A DNA stretch of 52,487 nt. It comes from Deltaproteobacteria bacterium. Lineage in GTDB: Bacteria; Myxococcota_A; Polyangia; Polyangiales; Houyiibacteriaceae. Location of the stretch: NCBI GenBank assembly GCA_034670305.1, contig JAXMNT010000052.1, positions 1-52,487 on the forward strand, written 5' to 3'. A program made the position numbers and the translations under genes. Below are positions 8,765 to 18,207 of the stretch, piece after piece. The notes under the pieces are model-generated. The model had not been told where the DNA came from. It was given only the letters and a program-made list of their open reading frames with translations, and did not search any database. Every line of letters starts with the position of its first letter. The stretch's first letter is position 1.

Positions 8765-10096
8765 ATGAGTCTGGACCTCGTTCTTCGCGGCGGCATGGTC
8801 GCCCTCCCCTGGGGACTCGAACGCACGGACGTCGGTGTCTCCGACGGTCGCATCGTTTCGATCGGCACGGTCACCGAGCCGGCGGCACGCGAAGTCGACT
8901 GCCGACACCTGCATGTGCTCCCCGGTCTCATCGACACCCAGGTGCACTTCCGAGAACCCGGACTCGAACACAAAGAAGACCTCGCGACCGGCACCGCCGG
9001 GGCCGCGCTCGGTGGCGTCACGGCGATCTTCGAGATGCCGAACACGAACCCCAACACCGACACGGCCGAACGGCTCGCCGACAAGGTTCGGCGCGGGCGC
9101 GAGAAGGCCCACGTCGACTTCGCGTTCTTCGTGGGTGCGACCACCGGCAACGCCGACACCCTCGGACGCCTCGAGCGGTTGCCGGGCTGCGCGGGCGTGA
9201 AGATCTTCATGGGCAGTTCGACCGGAACGCTCCTCGTGGCGGAGGACGACGCGATCGAAGCGGTGCTGCGCAACGGCCACCGGCGGGTCGCGGTGCACTG
9301 CGAAGACGAGAAGCGGCTGATCGAACGGCGGAGCCTCGCGGCGGTTGGCGAGCCGAAGACGCACCCGGTGTGGCGGGACGACGTCACCGCGATCCGAGCG
9401 ACCGAGCGGCTCCTCGCGCTCGCCCACCGCACCGGCAGGCCGGTGCATGTGTTGCACGTGACCACGGAAGAAGAAGCCGCGCGGCTCGCGACAGAGAAAC
9501 GCGTCGCCACGATGGAGGTCACACCGCAACACCTGCTGCTCAGCGGACCAGAGTGTTACGAACGCCTCGGCACCCGCGCGCAGATGAACCCACCCATCCG
9601 AGAGAAGCGCCATACGGACGCGCTCTGGCGCGCGGTGCGCGCGGGGGTCGTGGATGTGATCGGATCCGACCACGCGCCGCACACGAACGAAGAGAAGGAC
9701 CGGGTCTACCCCGCCAGCCCGTCCGGTTTGCCTGGGGTCCAGACCACGGTGCCGCTGATGCTCGACGCGGTGCACCGCGGCCTGATGCCGCTGATGCGGC
9801 TCGTGGATCTTCTCGCGCATGGACCGCAGCGCATCTACGGCCTCAGCCGCAAGGGCCGCATCGCGACCGGCTGGGACGCCGACTTCACGCTGGTCGATCT
9901 GGCCGCGGAACGCACGATCGAAGCCTCGTGGATCGCCAGCCGTTGCGGGTGGACGCCCTTCGACGGCACCCGGGTGACCGGCTGGCCGGTGCGGACCATC
10001 GTCCGAGGCCAAGACGCGATGATCGATGGAGCCCTGCAGAAGATCGCGGCCGAGCCGGTCCGCTTCTACGGGACCCGAGACGAGGAAGCCGCGTGA
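8765..10096 (+). CDS. pyrC: Dihydroorotase
   Basis: PGLIDTQVHFREPG, FEMPNT, VHCED, QMNPPIR and GSDHAPH motifs. Confidence 0.9.
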   Translation: MSLDLVLRGGMVALPWGLERTDVGVSDGRIVSIGTVTEPAAREVDCRHLHVLPGLIDTQVHFREPGLEHKEDLATGTAGAALGGVTAIFEMPNTNPNTDTAERLADKVRRGREKAHVDFAFFVGATTGNADTLGRLERLPGCAGVKIFMGSSTGTLLVAEDDAIEAVLRNGHRRVAVHCEDEKRLIERRSLAAVGEPKTHPVWRDDVTAIRATERLLALAHRTGRPVHVLHVTTEEEAARLATEKRVATMEVTPQHLLLSGPECYERLGTRAQMNPPIREKRHTDALWRAVRAGVVDVIGSDHAPHTNEEKDRVYPASPSGLPGVQTTVPLMLDAVHRGLMPLMRLVDLLAHGPQRIYGLSRKGRIATGWDADFTLVDLAAERTIEASWIASRCGWTPFDGTRVTGWPVRTIVRGQDAMIDGALQKIAAEPVRFYGTRDEEAA

Positions 10097-10632
10097 CGGA
10101 CGCGGCCGCCGCCGAACAAGACAGCGTGGCGTTTCGCGCGCTCCGGATCGCCGTGATGACCGTTTCGGACACGCGCACCGAAGCGACGGACGAGTCGGGT
10201 GCGATCCTCGTCGAGCGCGCCCGCGCCGCCGGCCACGAAGTCGTCGCGAAGGTGATCGTCGCCGACGAACAAGCCGTGATCGAAGCGCAGCTCCGGTCGT
10301 GGATCGCGGATCCAGGCGTCGAGGTCGTGCTCTCGACCGGCGGCACCGGGGTCACTGGACGCGACGTGACGCCCGAAGCCTTCGAAGCCGTCTACGAGAA
10401 ATCGATCCCTGGCTTCGGAGAGCTCTTCCGGTGGCAGAGCTACCAGTCGATCGGCACCTCCACCATCCAGTCCCGGGCCACCGCTGGGGTCGCAGGCGGA
10501 ACCTACCTCTTCGCGCTTCCCGGATCTCGTGGCGCCGTGCGCGACGCGTGGGACGGCATCCTCCGGGACCAGCTCGACATCCGCCACAAGCCTTGCAACT
10601 TCGCGGAGCTCATCGAGAGACTTCGGGAGTGA
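10093..10632 (+). CDS. moaB: Molybdenum cofactor biosynthesis protein B
   Basis: TVSDTRT, TGGTGVTGRDVTPEA, STIQSRA, LPGS, HKPCNF; GTGA overlap with the pyrC stop. Confidence 0.92.
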   Translation: MTDAAAAEQDSVAFRALRIAVMTVSDTRTEATDESGAILVERARAAGHEVVAKVIVADEQAVIEAQLRSWIADPGVEVVLSTGGTGVTGRDVTPEAFEAVYEKSIPGFGELFRWQSYQSIGTSTIQSRATAGVAGGTYLFALPGSRGAVRDAWDGILRDQLDIRHKPCNFAELIERLRE

Positions 10633-11432
10633 CGTTCTTCAAACTCGGGATCCTCGGCTGCCCGGTGCAGCACTCCCGCTCCCCCGCGATGCAACACGCG
10701 GCCCTGGCGGCGGCGGGACTCGAGGGCCGCTACGAGAAGATCGAGGTCGCGCCCGCGGACCTCCCACGCGTGGTCGCATCGCTCGAGGCCAACGGGTTCA
10801 CCGGCGTGAACGTGACGCTCCCGCACAAACAAGCGGTGCTGCCACTGCTCGACGAAGTGGACGCCGTCGCGCGCGAGATCGGCGCCGTGAACACCGTCTG
10901 CGTTCGAGAGGGGCGGCTCTTCGGCACCAACACCGACGCCGAAGGGTTGGTCCGTTCGATCCGGGCGGCCGGCGTCGAGTTGCAAGGGGTGCGGGTCCTG
11001 GTGCTCGGAGCGGGCGGCGCGGCGCGGGCGGCGACCACGGGTCTGCACCAGGCGGGCGCTCTCGTGCGCGCGAGCGCCCGACGGATCGAAGCCGCCCGCG
11101 CGCTCCCGCACGCCGAAGCGGTGGCGTGGAACGACCAAGACGCGTGGGCGGACACCGAGCTGCTCGTGCAGGCCACGAGCGCCACGATGGGCCACGGTGC
11201 GGACGCATTCGTCGATGGACTGCCGCTCGATCGGCTCTCTGCAGACGCCGCGGTGGTCGACCTCGTCTACACCCCGCTCGACACCGCGCTGCTGCGCGCG
11301 GCGCGGACGCGCGGAGTGCGCACCATCGATGGGCTCGGCATGCTGGTACACCAAGGCGCGCTCGCGTTTGAACACTGGACCGGGCACGTCGGCGACATCG
11401 ACGCCATGCGTGACGCGCTCACGGGCGAGTAG
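10629..11432 (+). CDS. aroE: Shikimate dehydrogenase
   Basis: HSRSP, NVTLPHK, IGAVNT, NTD, GAGGAARA, DLVY, DGLGMLVHQG; GTGA overlap with moaB. Confidence 0.92.
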   Translation: MTFFKLGILGCPVQHSRSPAMQHAALAAAGLEGRYEKIEVAPADLPRVVASLEANGFTGVNVTLPHKQAVLPLLDEVDAVAREIGAVNTVCVREGRLFGTNTDAEGLVRSIRAAGVELQGVRVLVLGAGGAARAATTGLHQAGALVRASARRIEAARALPHAEAVAWNDQDAWADTELLVQATSATMGHGADAFVDGLPLDRLSADAAVVDLVYTPLDTALLRAARTRGVRTIDGLGMLVHQGALAFEHWTGHVGDIDAMRDALTGE

Positions 11433-11478
11433 CGTTCAGCGGACGGTTGCAACGAGACGATTGCAGGGACCGAAGCGA

Positions 11479-12318
11479 CTAGATGTCGATCTGATCGTTC
11501 TCTTTGGCCACGAACGCGCCTTCCCACGTCTCCGCCGCCTGCTCCGCAACCGAGTCCATGAAGTCGTCCTCGTGGTAGGGGTCGTGGTGGAAGATCGCGA
11601 GGCGCTTCACGTTGGCTTCTTTGCAGAGGCGGATGCCTTCTTGCCAGGTCGAGTGACCCCAGCCCACATGCTTCGAGAACTCTTCGTCGGTGTACGTGCT
11701 GTCGTAGACGACGAGGTCCGCGTCCTTGATCAGCGCGAGGATCCGCTCGTCCCGCTGGCCGGGCACGTGCTCGGTGTCGGTCACGTAGCAGAACGCTTTG
11801 CCGTGGGCTTCGAGCCGGTAGCCCGTGGCACCGTCCGGGTGCTGCAGCGGTCCGGTCTTCACGACGAGTGGATCGAGCCCGTCGAGTTCGAGGGTGTCGC
11901 CGGCTCGGAAGTCGGTGAACCCCATCTCGGCCTTGAGCGCCGAGAGCGGCACCGGGAAGGTCGGTCGCGCCATCTGGCCGGCCAGCACCCGCTCCACGCC
12001 GCCAGCGTCGATGAGGTGTCCAGCCAGGATGTTGAACTTGTGGTCGGCCACATACGCGGGAGTGAAGAACGGGAACCCGTTGATGTGGTCCCAGTGCGTA
12101 TGGGTCAGGAGGATGTTCGCCTCCCGCACGCCCTGTTTCAGGAACGCTTGGCCCAAATTCCGAATTCCGGTGCCAGCGTCCAAAATCAGACGCTTGCCAT
12201 CGACACAGACTTCCAGGCAACTCGTGTTGCCGCCGTACCGAACGTGGTTGGGCGACGGGCACGCAATCGATCCCCGGACGCCCCAGAAGCGGACCCAGAA
12301 CTCCATGTGTGACGCCAT
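11479..12318 (-). CDS. MBL-fold metallo-hydrolase (ElaC/phosphodiesterase-like)
   Basis: FWGVRGSI, YGGNTSC, DAGTG, THTHWDHING, WGHS, FHHDP; start may be ATG at 12306. Confidence 0.88.
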   Translation of the reverse strand: MASHMEFWVRFWGVRGSIACPSPNHVRYGGNTSCLEVCVDGKRLILDAGTGIRNLGQAFLKQGVREANILLTHTHWDHINGFPFFTPAYVADHKFNILAGHLIDAGGVERVLAGQMARPTFPVPLSALKAEMGFTDFRAGDTLELDGLDPLVVKTGPLQHPDGATGYRLEAHGKAFCYVTDTEHVPGQRDERILALIKDADLVVYDSTYTDEEFSKHVGWGHSTWQEGIRLCKEANVKRLAIFHHDPYHEDDFMDSVAEQAAETWEGAFVAKENDQIDI

Positions 12319-12439
12319 GCTACCCGAACCCCCAGAGATCGGAAGAGAAACTGGGCAATGAGTTCAGACAGGCCCAAAGCATGCACGGGTGTACAGGTAG
12401 GGGCAGCCGGACGAATCGGGGCGGGGTAGGATGCCTGCG

Positions 12440-12955
12440 GTGCCTTTTCAACTTCGTTTCACCCGCCGATTCTCGATGGCCCATCGGCTGATCGCAGGAC
12501 CGAGCACGAAATGCGCAACGCCCCACGGACACAACGAGTTCGTGGTCGTACACCTCGCACCCAGAGACTCCGCTCGCCTCGACGGCGGCGCAAACATGGT
12601 GGTCGAGTTCGGCCGGGCGAAGAAGCGGTGGCATGCGTTCGTGGACGACCACCTCGACCACGCGTTGCAGCTGAGCCACGTCGATCCGTTGCTCGAGCTC
12701 TCCGGAACGCACTTCCCCGGATGGCGGATCGTGGTGACGCCAGGCGACCCGACCACCGAGTTGATGGCGGCGCTCTTGATGTCGAAGTGCCAGGCCATCC
12801 TCGACGCGGAGCAGGTACCGCTGACGTGTGTGCGGATCGAACTCGAAGAGACCCCGACCAACTCGGTCGTGTTCGAGGGCGACCCCCAGACGGTCATTCC
12901 GTCGGGCACCCCCCTCTCGCCCTGGTGGACGCGAGGCGACCCATCGACCCGCTGA
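12440..12955 (+). CDS. queD: 6-carboxytetrahydropterin synthase (QueD/PTPS family)
   Basis: AHRL, CxxxHGH (CATPHGHN), LDH, PTTE and EETPTN motifs; GTG 12440 preferred because TAGGAT lies 7 nt upstream; ATG 12431 is the alternative. Confidence 0.8.
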   Translation: MPFQLRFTRRFSMAHRLIAGPSTKCATPHGHNEFVVVHLAPRDSARLDGGANMVVEFGRAKKRWHAFVDDHLDHALQLSHVDPLLELSGTHFPGWRIVVTPGDPTTELMAALLMSKCQAILDAEQVPLTCVRIELEETPTNSVVFEGDPQTVIPSGTPLSPWWTRGDPSTR

Positions 12956-12963
12956 CCAAGGCG

Positions 12964-14790
12964 GTGTGTTGCCTGCTCGCTCTGGTGCTCGGCTGCGGCG
13001 GCGCCGAGCCGAACGACTCCGAGGGCGGCGGTCCACCCGCGCGGCACCGGGAGCCCGAAGCGCCCACCGCGCCCGCGTCACCGGACGAACCGCTGCCCGC
13101 CACCATCGTGTTGCGGTGCGCGTCCCACGACGACTGCGCGCTCGTGCCCGGCCCGTGCGGTCCGTTCGCCGTACTCGCCGCCGATGCGGAGGAGATCCGC
13201 AGACGCAGGGCCGCGCGCGCAGACGACGAACCACAGGCGCAGGTCGAATGCGCAGAGCCGATCGTGGACCCAGCCGCCATCTGCCTGCGCGGCCGGTGCG
13301 AGGCGCTTCCGGAACGATCGTACTGTCGAGACGCGACCGACTGCCGCGCGCTGCCTGGCCCCTGTGGCGGACCCACCCTCGCGAACCGGTGGAGCGAGTC
13401 CGCCGTGCGGGCAGAGATCGAACTGCGTGCCCGGGTGGTGAACTGCGCGACGACGAGTTGGCCACCGGCGGCGCTCACCTGCGAGGATCACATCTGTGGT
13501 CTGCAGCCGCTGGAGGACGTGGATCTCCGGCAGCCCTGTCGGCGCGACGCACAGTGCACGACCGTGCACGACGAGTGCGCAGGAGATCTGGTCGTCGCAC
13601 AGACCAGGCGCACCCAAGCGGAAGAGCGACTCGCGGCCCGCGCGGCCGAACTGGGGCCGGACCGTTGCGTGGCGCCGACACGTCCGCCGGTCCCGCTCTG
13701 CTCGTTCGGCAGCTGCGTGCCCGCGCCCGAACCCGAACCGGTTCCGACCGAGTTGATCGAGGTCGAGCGGGCCGACTCGGGGTGGCGGTTCACGCGCGGC
13801 GACGAAGTGATCGATGCCCCCGATCTTCCGAATGGCGACACCGTGGAGGTCACCGTCACGTCACTCGAGACGAACGGCGACGTGCCGCTCGTGTACCTGC
13901 GCGACCCGTCCTCCGACAGCGCGTCGTTCTTCGTCCTGCGGAGCGGCCGCCTCGAGGGGGTGCACCGCGCCGGCACCTGGACGGGCATCCCGTTGCCGGC
14001 GGGCGGCGGCCGTTCGGTGTCGTTCCGGCTGCTGGATCTCGACGGCGACGGCATTCGAGAACTCGTCGCGTACCTCCGGATCAACGAAGGCGACACCCCC
14101 GCCGTGCACACGAGCCGTACGGTCTACGCGTGGACCGGGGAGACGTTCGCGCCGGTCGAGCGGCGCGACGCGCCCACGAGCGCGCGCCCCTGGACCCGAT
14201 CGACGTCCCTCGAGATGGAGATCCGCCAGAGGTTGCACGCGGACGAGATCTGGCTCGACCCACCCACCTCCGTATTCGCGCGGCGCGCCGACCCGGGGGC
14301 GATCGTCACGACGGGCGTGGGGCTGCACGGAGGCGGGGAGCTCTTCGTTGGACGCGACTTCGTCGCCTACGTGCAAGCACGCCGCGGCACCGAGTGGAGC
14401 CTGCACCTCATCTCGACACGGGAGACCGAACGTGCGGTCGAACTGCAGGACTTCGTCGAGATCGGTTCGAGGTTTCGCGGCGACTGGCCCCCCGGCATCG
14501 ACGCCGACTGCCGCCTCATGTTGGGGGCACGCAACGCGGTGCGCTCGCACGAGGGCCGCACCAACCTCGAACGGGCGCTCGTCGCCTCTTGGCAACCGCG
14601 GGCCGGCATGATCTTGGCACGGCTCGTCCGGTGGAGTGCACAGGGGCGACTCGAGCCGCTTGGGGAACCGCTCCCGGTCGCCCGATGCTCGGGCCCGACC
14701 CAGGACCTGGTCCCGGTGCTCGGAGACGCGCTGGCCGCGCGGCGAACCCGGGTTCCAACGGGCTACATCACCCGTTGGGGCGGGCCGTAG
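12964..14790 (+). CDS. Hypothetical Cys-rich lipoprotein
   Basis: Lipobox LVLGC; three CxxxxxC...GxCG...C...C repeats; one LDLDGDGIREL Ca-binding-like motif; start uncertain. Confidence 0.6.
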   Translation: MCCLLALVLGCGGAEPNDSEGGGPPARHREPEAPTAPASPDEPLPATIVLRCASHDDCALVPGPCGPFAVLAADAEEIRRRRAARADDEPQAQVECAEPIVDPAAICLRGRCEALPERSYCRDATDCRALPGPCGGPTLANRWSESAVRAEIELRARVVNCATTSWPPAALTCEDHICGLQPLEDVDLRQPCRRDAQCTTVHDECAGDLVVAQTRRTQAEERLAARAAELGPDRCVAPTRPPVPLCSFGSCVPAPEPEPVPTELIEVERADSGWRFTRGDEVIDAPDLPNGDTVEVTVTSLETNGDVPLVYLRDPSSDSASFFVLRSGRLEGVHRAGTWTGIPLPAGGGRSVSFRLLDLDGDGIRELVAYLRINEGDTPAVHTSRTVYAWTGETFAPVERRDAPTSARPWTRSTSLEMEIRQRLHADEIWLDPPTSVFARRADPGAIVTTGVGLHGGGELFVGRDFVAYVQARRGTEWSLHLISTRETERAVELQDFVEIGSRFRGDWPPGIDADCRLMLGARNAVRSHEGRTNLERALVASWQPRAGMILARLVRWSAQGRLEPLGEPLPVARCSGPTQDLVPVLGDALAARRTRVPTGYITRWGGP

Positions 14791-14871
14791 CAGTCGCAGG
14801 TTCTGGCCATCGCCCGCGCAGGCCCAACCGGCCCGAGTTCATTCAAGCCTTCGTGCATTCGCAGCGTCGGC

Positions 14872-15822
14872 TCAGTCGCAGCCGATTTGATCGCGGCTGG
14901 CGACGACCTCGTCGACCAAGATGCGGTGCGTCCGCTCGGTGACGGGATCGGCGAACACCGCGCCCACTCGGATGCTGTCCGCGCGCGCCAAGAACTCGAT
15001 GTCGTCTCCGCGCGCCGCCCGGACGCCGTTGATGAAGAGCTCCGCGCGTCCGGACTCCGCGCCTCCGGAGTAGCGCGCGTGGATCTCGACGCAGGTCCAC
15101 TCGTCGATCGGGAATGCGAACGTGGAATCCCAACCGGTGTCGCCCGCGAAGCCGTGTGCATGGATGTTCGAGTACCCGGTTCCGTCGACGTAGACTGGGA
15201 ACGAGATCGACGGCCCCGTCAGGTCCATGATCTCCACCGCGCTCGTGGCATCGATGTCCACCCGCACGTACATGCGCAGCCAGTGGTCGCGCTCGGACGG
15301 GTCGTCGAAGACCCGCGCGGAGAGCGCCACAGGGCGTTCGAGCCCGTCCATGGGTCGAATCTCGGCCGCGCCAGCGCCTCGATACGTCCCCATCGTCACC
15401 CGTTCGATCGTGTCGCTGTCGAGTGTCCATGCGTCGAGCCCGTCTTCGAACCCGTCGCAGAACACCACGTCGGGGTTCACGGCCAGCAGATCGCACGCCG
15501 TGTCTCGGGCGGCGGGCGGTGCATCCGTCCCCGTGTCCGCAGGCCCCACATCGACCCCCGGCACGTCCAAGTCGCCCGGTGCATCCACCGGAGCATCCGC
15601 ACGCGGCGCGTCCACCGGCGGCGCATCGACGCTCGGCGCATCGACGCTCGGCGCGTCGCGGTTCGCATCGGTCACGCCGCCGTCCACCCCGTCACGCACA
15701 CAGATCTCCGCGACGCAGGTGTAGCCCTCGATGCAGGGGCAACTCCGCCCTTCCAGATCGAGGTCCGGCACACTGCACGCCGCAGCCGCCAATACGCCGA
15801 GCGCAAGAAAGCGAAATCCCAT
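14872..15822 (-). CDS. Myxobacterial-type lipoprotein (Cys motif, DAP repeats, C-terminal lectin/LamG-like domain)
   Basis: Lipobox AAAC; CPCIEGYTC; DAPxV linker repeats; FCDGFE and WTCVE motifs; TGATG coupling to the kinase. Confidence 0.7.
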   Translation of the reverse strand: MGFRFLALGVLAAAACSVPDLDLEGRSCPCIEGYTCVAEICVRDGVDGGVTDANRDAPSVDAPSVDAPPVDAPRADAPVDAPGDLDVPGVDVGPADTGTDAPPAARDTACDLLAVNPDVVFCDGFEDGLDAWTLDSDTIERVTMGTYRGAGAAEIRPMDGLERPVALSARVFDDPSERDHWLRMYVRVDIDATSAVEIMDLTGPSISFPVYVDGTGYSNIHAHGFAGDTGWDSTFAFPIDEWTCVEIHARYSGGAESGRAELFINGVRAARGDDIEFLARADSIRVGAVFADPVTERTHRILVDEVVASRDQIGCD

Positions 15823-17405
15823 CAGTTGAACCGCCGGAACGGGCTGTCCATCGAAGTGTCGGCCATGCCCATGGGCGCAGCCGATTCGTGCATTCGCGGA
15901 GTGCGCATCATGACGGAGTGTCGCATCGAACGGGGCGGTGGCGCACCCGTCTCGGTCGTGGGGTCCGAAGTCGTCTCCGCTTCGACCTCCGCCAGCGCCG
16001 GCAGCGCGAGCTCCCAGCGGCCGTCTTGGTCCGGCACGAAGGCACGGGTCACCGACTCGTGCCCATCCAGCGTGAGGGTGAACGACGACTCGACGTCCGA
16101 ACGCGGCACGTCGAGTTCGAATGGGGTCACCCCGCGCCGCACCCCGTCGATGGCGACCTGTGCGCCGGCCGGGTTCGATCGAATGCGCACCGACGCCGTC
16201 TCTGGCACCACCGGTTCACTGGCTGCGACGGGCGGCGGCTCGGGCTCCGCACCCTGGAAGGCCAACACCGCGCCGATCCCGCCACCAACCAGGAGCACGG
16301 CCGCCACCCACAACGACTTGCGCCGCCTGCGCGCCGGCAGGGCAAGCGCGGAGGTGTGGCTCAGCTGGCTGACGCCCACCGTCGGGAGCTCCACCGAACT
16401 GTCGACGTCGGCACCTGGCAGCTGGGTGATCTCGGAGCCTGCGACCACGCGGCGCAGAAGGTCTTGTTTCTGCTCGATGCGATCGGGGAACAGACCCGAC
16501 ATCAGTCCGGCCAGCGCTTCGTCCGGCACCTCGTGGAACGACGCGTCCCGCATCGCCTCGAGCAGCGCGCGCCGCATCTCCGCGGCGGTCTGGTAGCGAT
16601 CCTCGGGCTGCCGCTGGAGCGCGCGGTCGCACACCGCGGCGATGCCGGCCGGACAGTGGGGCGCAACCTTCGCCAGCGACGGGATCGACTGCTCGGTGAT
16701 CGCCTTCATCGTGAGCAAGCTGTTCTCGCGCGCGAACAACCGCCGGGCGGAGACCATCTCGAAGAGCACGATGCCGAGCGAGAACACGTCCGACCGCCGA
16801 TCGAGCGGGGCGGCCAAGCACTGCTCGGGCGACATGTACGCGAACTTGCCTTTGAGCGTGCCGGCCTCGGTGTCCGTCTTGCGTTCCGCGAACTTCGCGA
16901 TGCCGAAGTCGAGCAACTTCACCGCGCCCGCATAGGTCACGAACACGTTGCTCGGGGACACGTCCCGATGCACCAGGCCGAGTGGTTCGCCGGCCGCATC
17001 GGTCAGTTCGTGCGCCGCGTGCAGCCCCGCACAGCTCTGCGCGACGATGTGGGCAGCGAGCGCCGCCGGCACCATCTCGTGTTTGCTGAGCGAACGCCGC
17101 AAGAGACTCAGGACGCTCTCGCCTTCGAGGTACTCCATCACCATGAAGAGCTCGTCGTCGGACTCGCCCAGTTCTTGTACATGCACGACGTTCGGGTGCT
17201 GGATCCGCGCGACCACCCGGGCTTCGTCCAGGAACATGCTGCGGAGCTCGGCGTTGCGCACGAGGTGCGGAAGGATCCGCTTGATCACCACCGGCCGCTC
17301 GAACCCGCTGGGCCCAAACAACTTTCCGAGCAAGATCTCCGCCATGCCCCCGGACGCGAGGTGGCCGACCACGTGGTAGCGACCGATCTGGGTGGGTTCG
17401 TCCAC
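15822..17405 (-). CDS. Membrane Ser/Thr protein kinase with PEGA domain
   Basis: GGMAEI, VIKRI, HRDVSPSN, DFGIAK, YMSPEQ, DVFSLG; TM helix; IRSNPAGAQVAIDG...GVTP PEGA-like segment. Confidence 0.92.
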   Translation of the reverse strand: MDEPTQIGRYHVVGHLASGGMAEILLGKLFGPSGFERPVVIKRILPHLVRNAELRSMFLDEARVVARIQHPNVVHVQELGESDDELFMVMEYLEGESVLSLLRRSLSKHEMVPAALAAHIVAQSCAGLHAAHELTDAAGEPLGLVHRDVSPSNVFVTYAGAVKLLDFGIAKFAERKTDTEAGTLKGKFAYMSPEQCLAAPLDRRSDVFSLGIVLFEMVSARRLFARENSLLTMKAITEQSIPSLAKVAPHCPAGIAAVCDRALQRQPEDRYQTAAEMRRALLEAMRDASFHEVPDEALAGLMSGLFPDRIEQKQDLLRRVVAGSEITQLPGADVDSSVELPTVGVSQLSHTSALALPARRRRKSLWVAAVLLVGGGIGAVLAFQGAEPEPPPVAASEPVVPETASVRIRSNPAGAQVAIDGVRRGVTPFELDVPRSDVESSFTLTLDGHESVTRAFVPDQDGRWELALPALAEVEAETTSDPTTETGAPPPRSMRHSVMMRTPRMHESAAPMGMADTSMDSPFRRFN

Positions 17406-17414
17406 TCGGGGTCC

Positions 17415-17424
17415 AGTGTACACT
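17415..17424. promoter_or_regulatory. Palindromic AGTGTACACT giving a TACACT -10 element on both strands
   Basis: Perfect 10-bp palindrome in the 26-bp gap between the divergent kinase (GTG 17405) and TPR (ATG 17432) genes. Confidence 0.55.
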
Positions 17425-17431
17425 CGCGACC

Positions 17432-18184
17432 ATGTTCAGGCGCGTGGTCACGGTGGTTCTCTGCGGGTTCGCTCTGGGCGGCAGCCCTCTGGCGCACGCC
17501 CAGTCGGAAACCGAGCCGAACGTCGAAGAAGCGCGCAACCTCGAGCGCGCGGTGATGCTCTTCGAGGAGAGCGAACAGCTCTACAACGCAGGCGAATTCG
17601 CGCAGGCCGCGGTCATGTTGCGCCGGGCCTACGCGCTCCACCCCGATGCGACCTTGCTGTTCAACCTCGCACGGGCGCTCGAGGGCATGGGCGACCTGGA
17701 CGGCGCGATCGAGACCTACGGGCGCTACCTCGCGGAAGCCGAGGGAATCCGCGACCGTGGCGCCGTCGAAGCCCGACTCGAGACCTTGCGCGCTCAGCGC
17801 GAGGCGCTCGCCCAGCGGCCCGCAGATCCGGTCCAGGAGATCGAGCCGGACCCCGAGGAGCCCGAGCCCGAGCGCGGCGGGTCCTCGCCTCTGCCGTGGA
17901 TCGTCGCTGGCACCGGCGTGGCCGCGGCCGTGGCGGGCGTGGTGCTCGGACTTCGGAGCCAGAGCCTCTCCGACGACGCGGCCGCGGAACCGGTGATGAC
18001 CGAGGCCGTCGAACTGCACGATCGCGCGCAGCGCTTTGCCACCGTCGGGAACATCCTGATGATCGCCGGCGGGGTGATCGCGGCCGGCGGCCTGCTCTGG
18101 GGCGTGCTCACGCTGGGCTCCGACGATTCCGAGACCGAAGCGGCGATCGTCCCCGGCGGCGTGCTCGTGCGCGGCCGGTTCTGA
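17432..18184 (+). CDS. Tetratricopeptide-repeat exported/membrane protein
   Basis: Signal peptide; TPR-like AYALHPDATLLFNLARALEGMG; C-terminal hydrophobic helices and terminal GRF. Confidence 0.8.
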   Translation: MFRRVVTVVLCGFALGGSPLAHAQSETEPNVEEARNLERAVMLFEESEQLYNAGEFAQAAVMLRRAYALHPDATLLFNLARALEGMGDLDGAIETYGRYLAEAEGIRDRGAVEARLETLRAQREALAQRPADPVQEIEPDPEEPEPERGGSSPLPWIVAGTGVAAAVAGVVLGLRSQSLSDDAAAEPVMTEAVELHDRAQRFATVGNILMIAGGVIAAGGLLWGVLTLGSDDSETEAAIVPGGVLVRGRF

Positions 18185-18207
18185 CCGGACCGGTGTACCC
18201 TCCGGAC

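Noticed and set aside
12319-12439. preQ1 riboswitch upstream of queD
   Set aside because: No preQ1-like stem-loop with an A-rich tail; the gene looks leaderless
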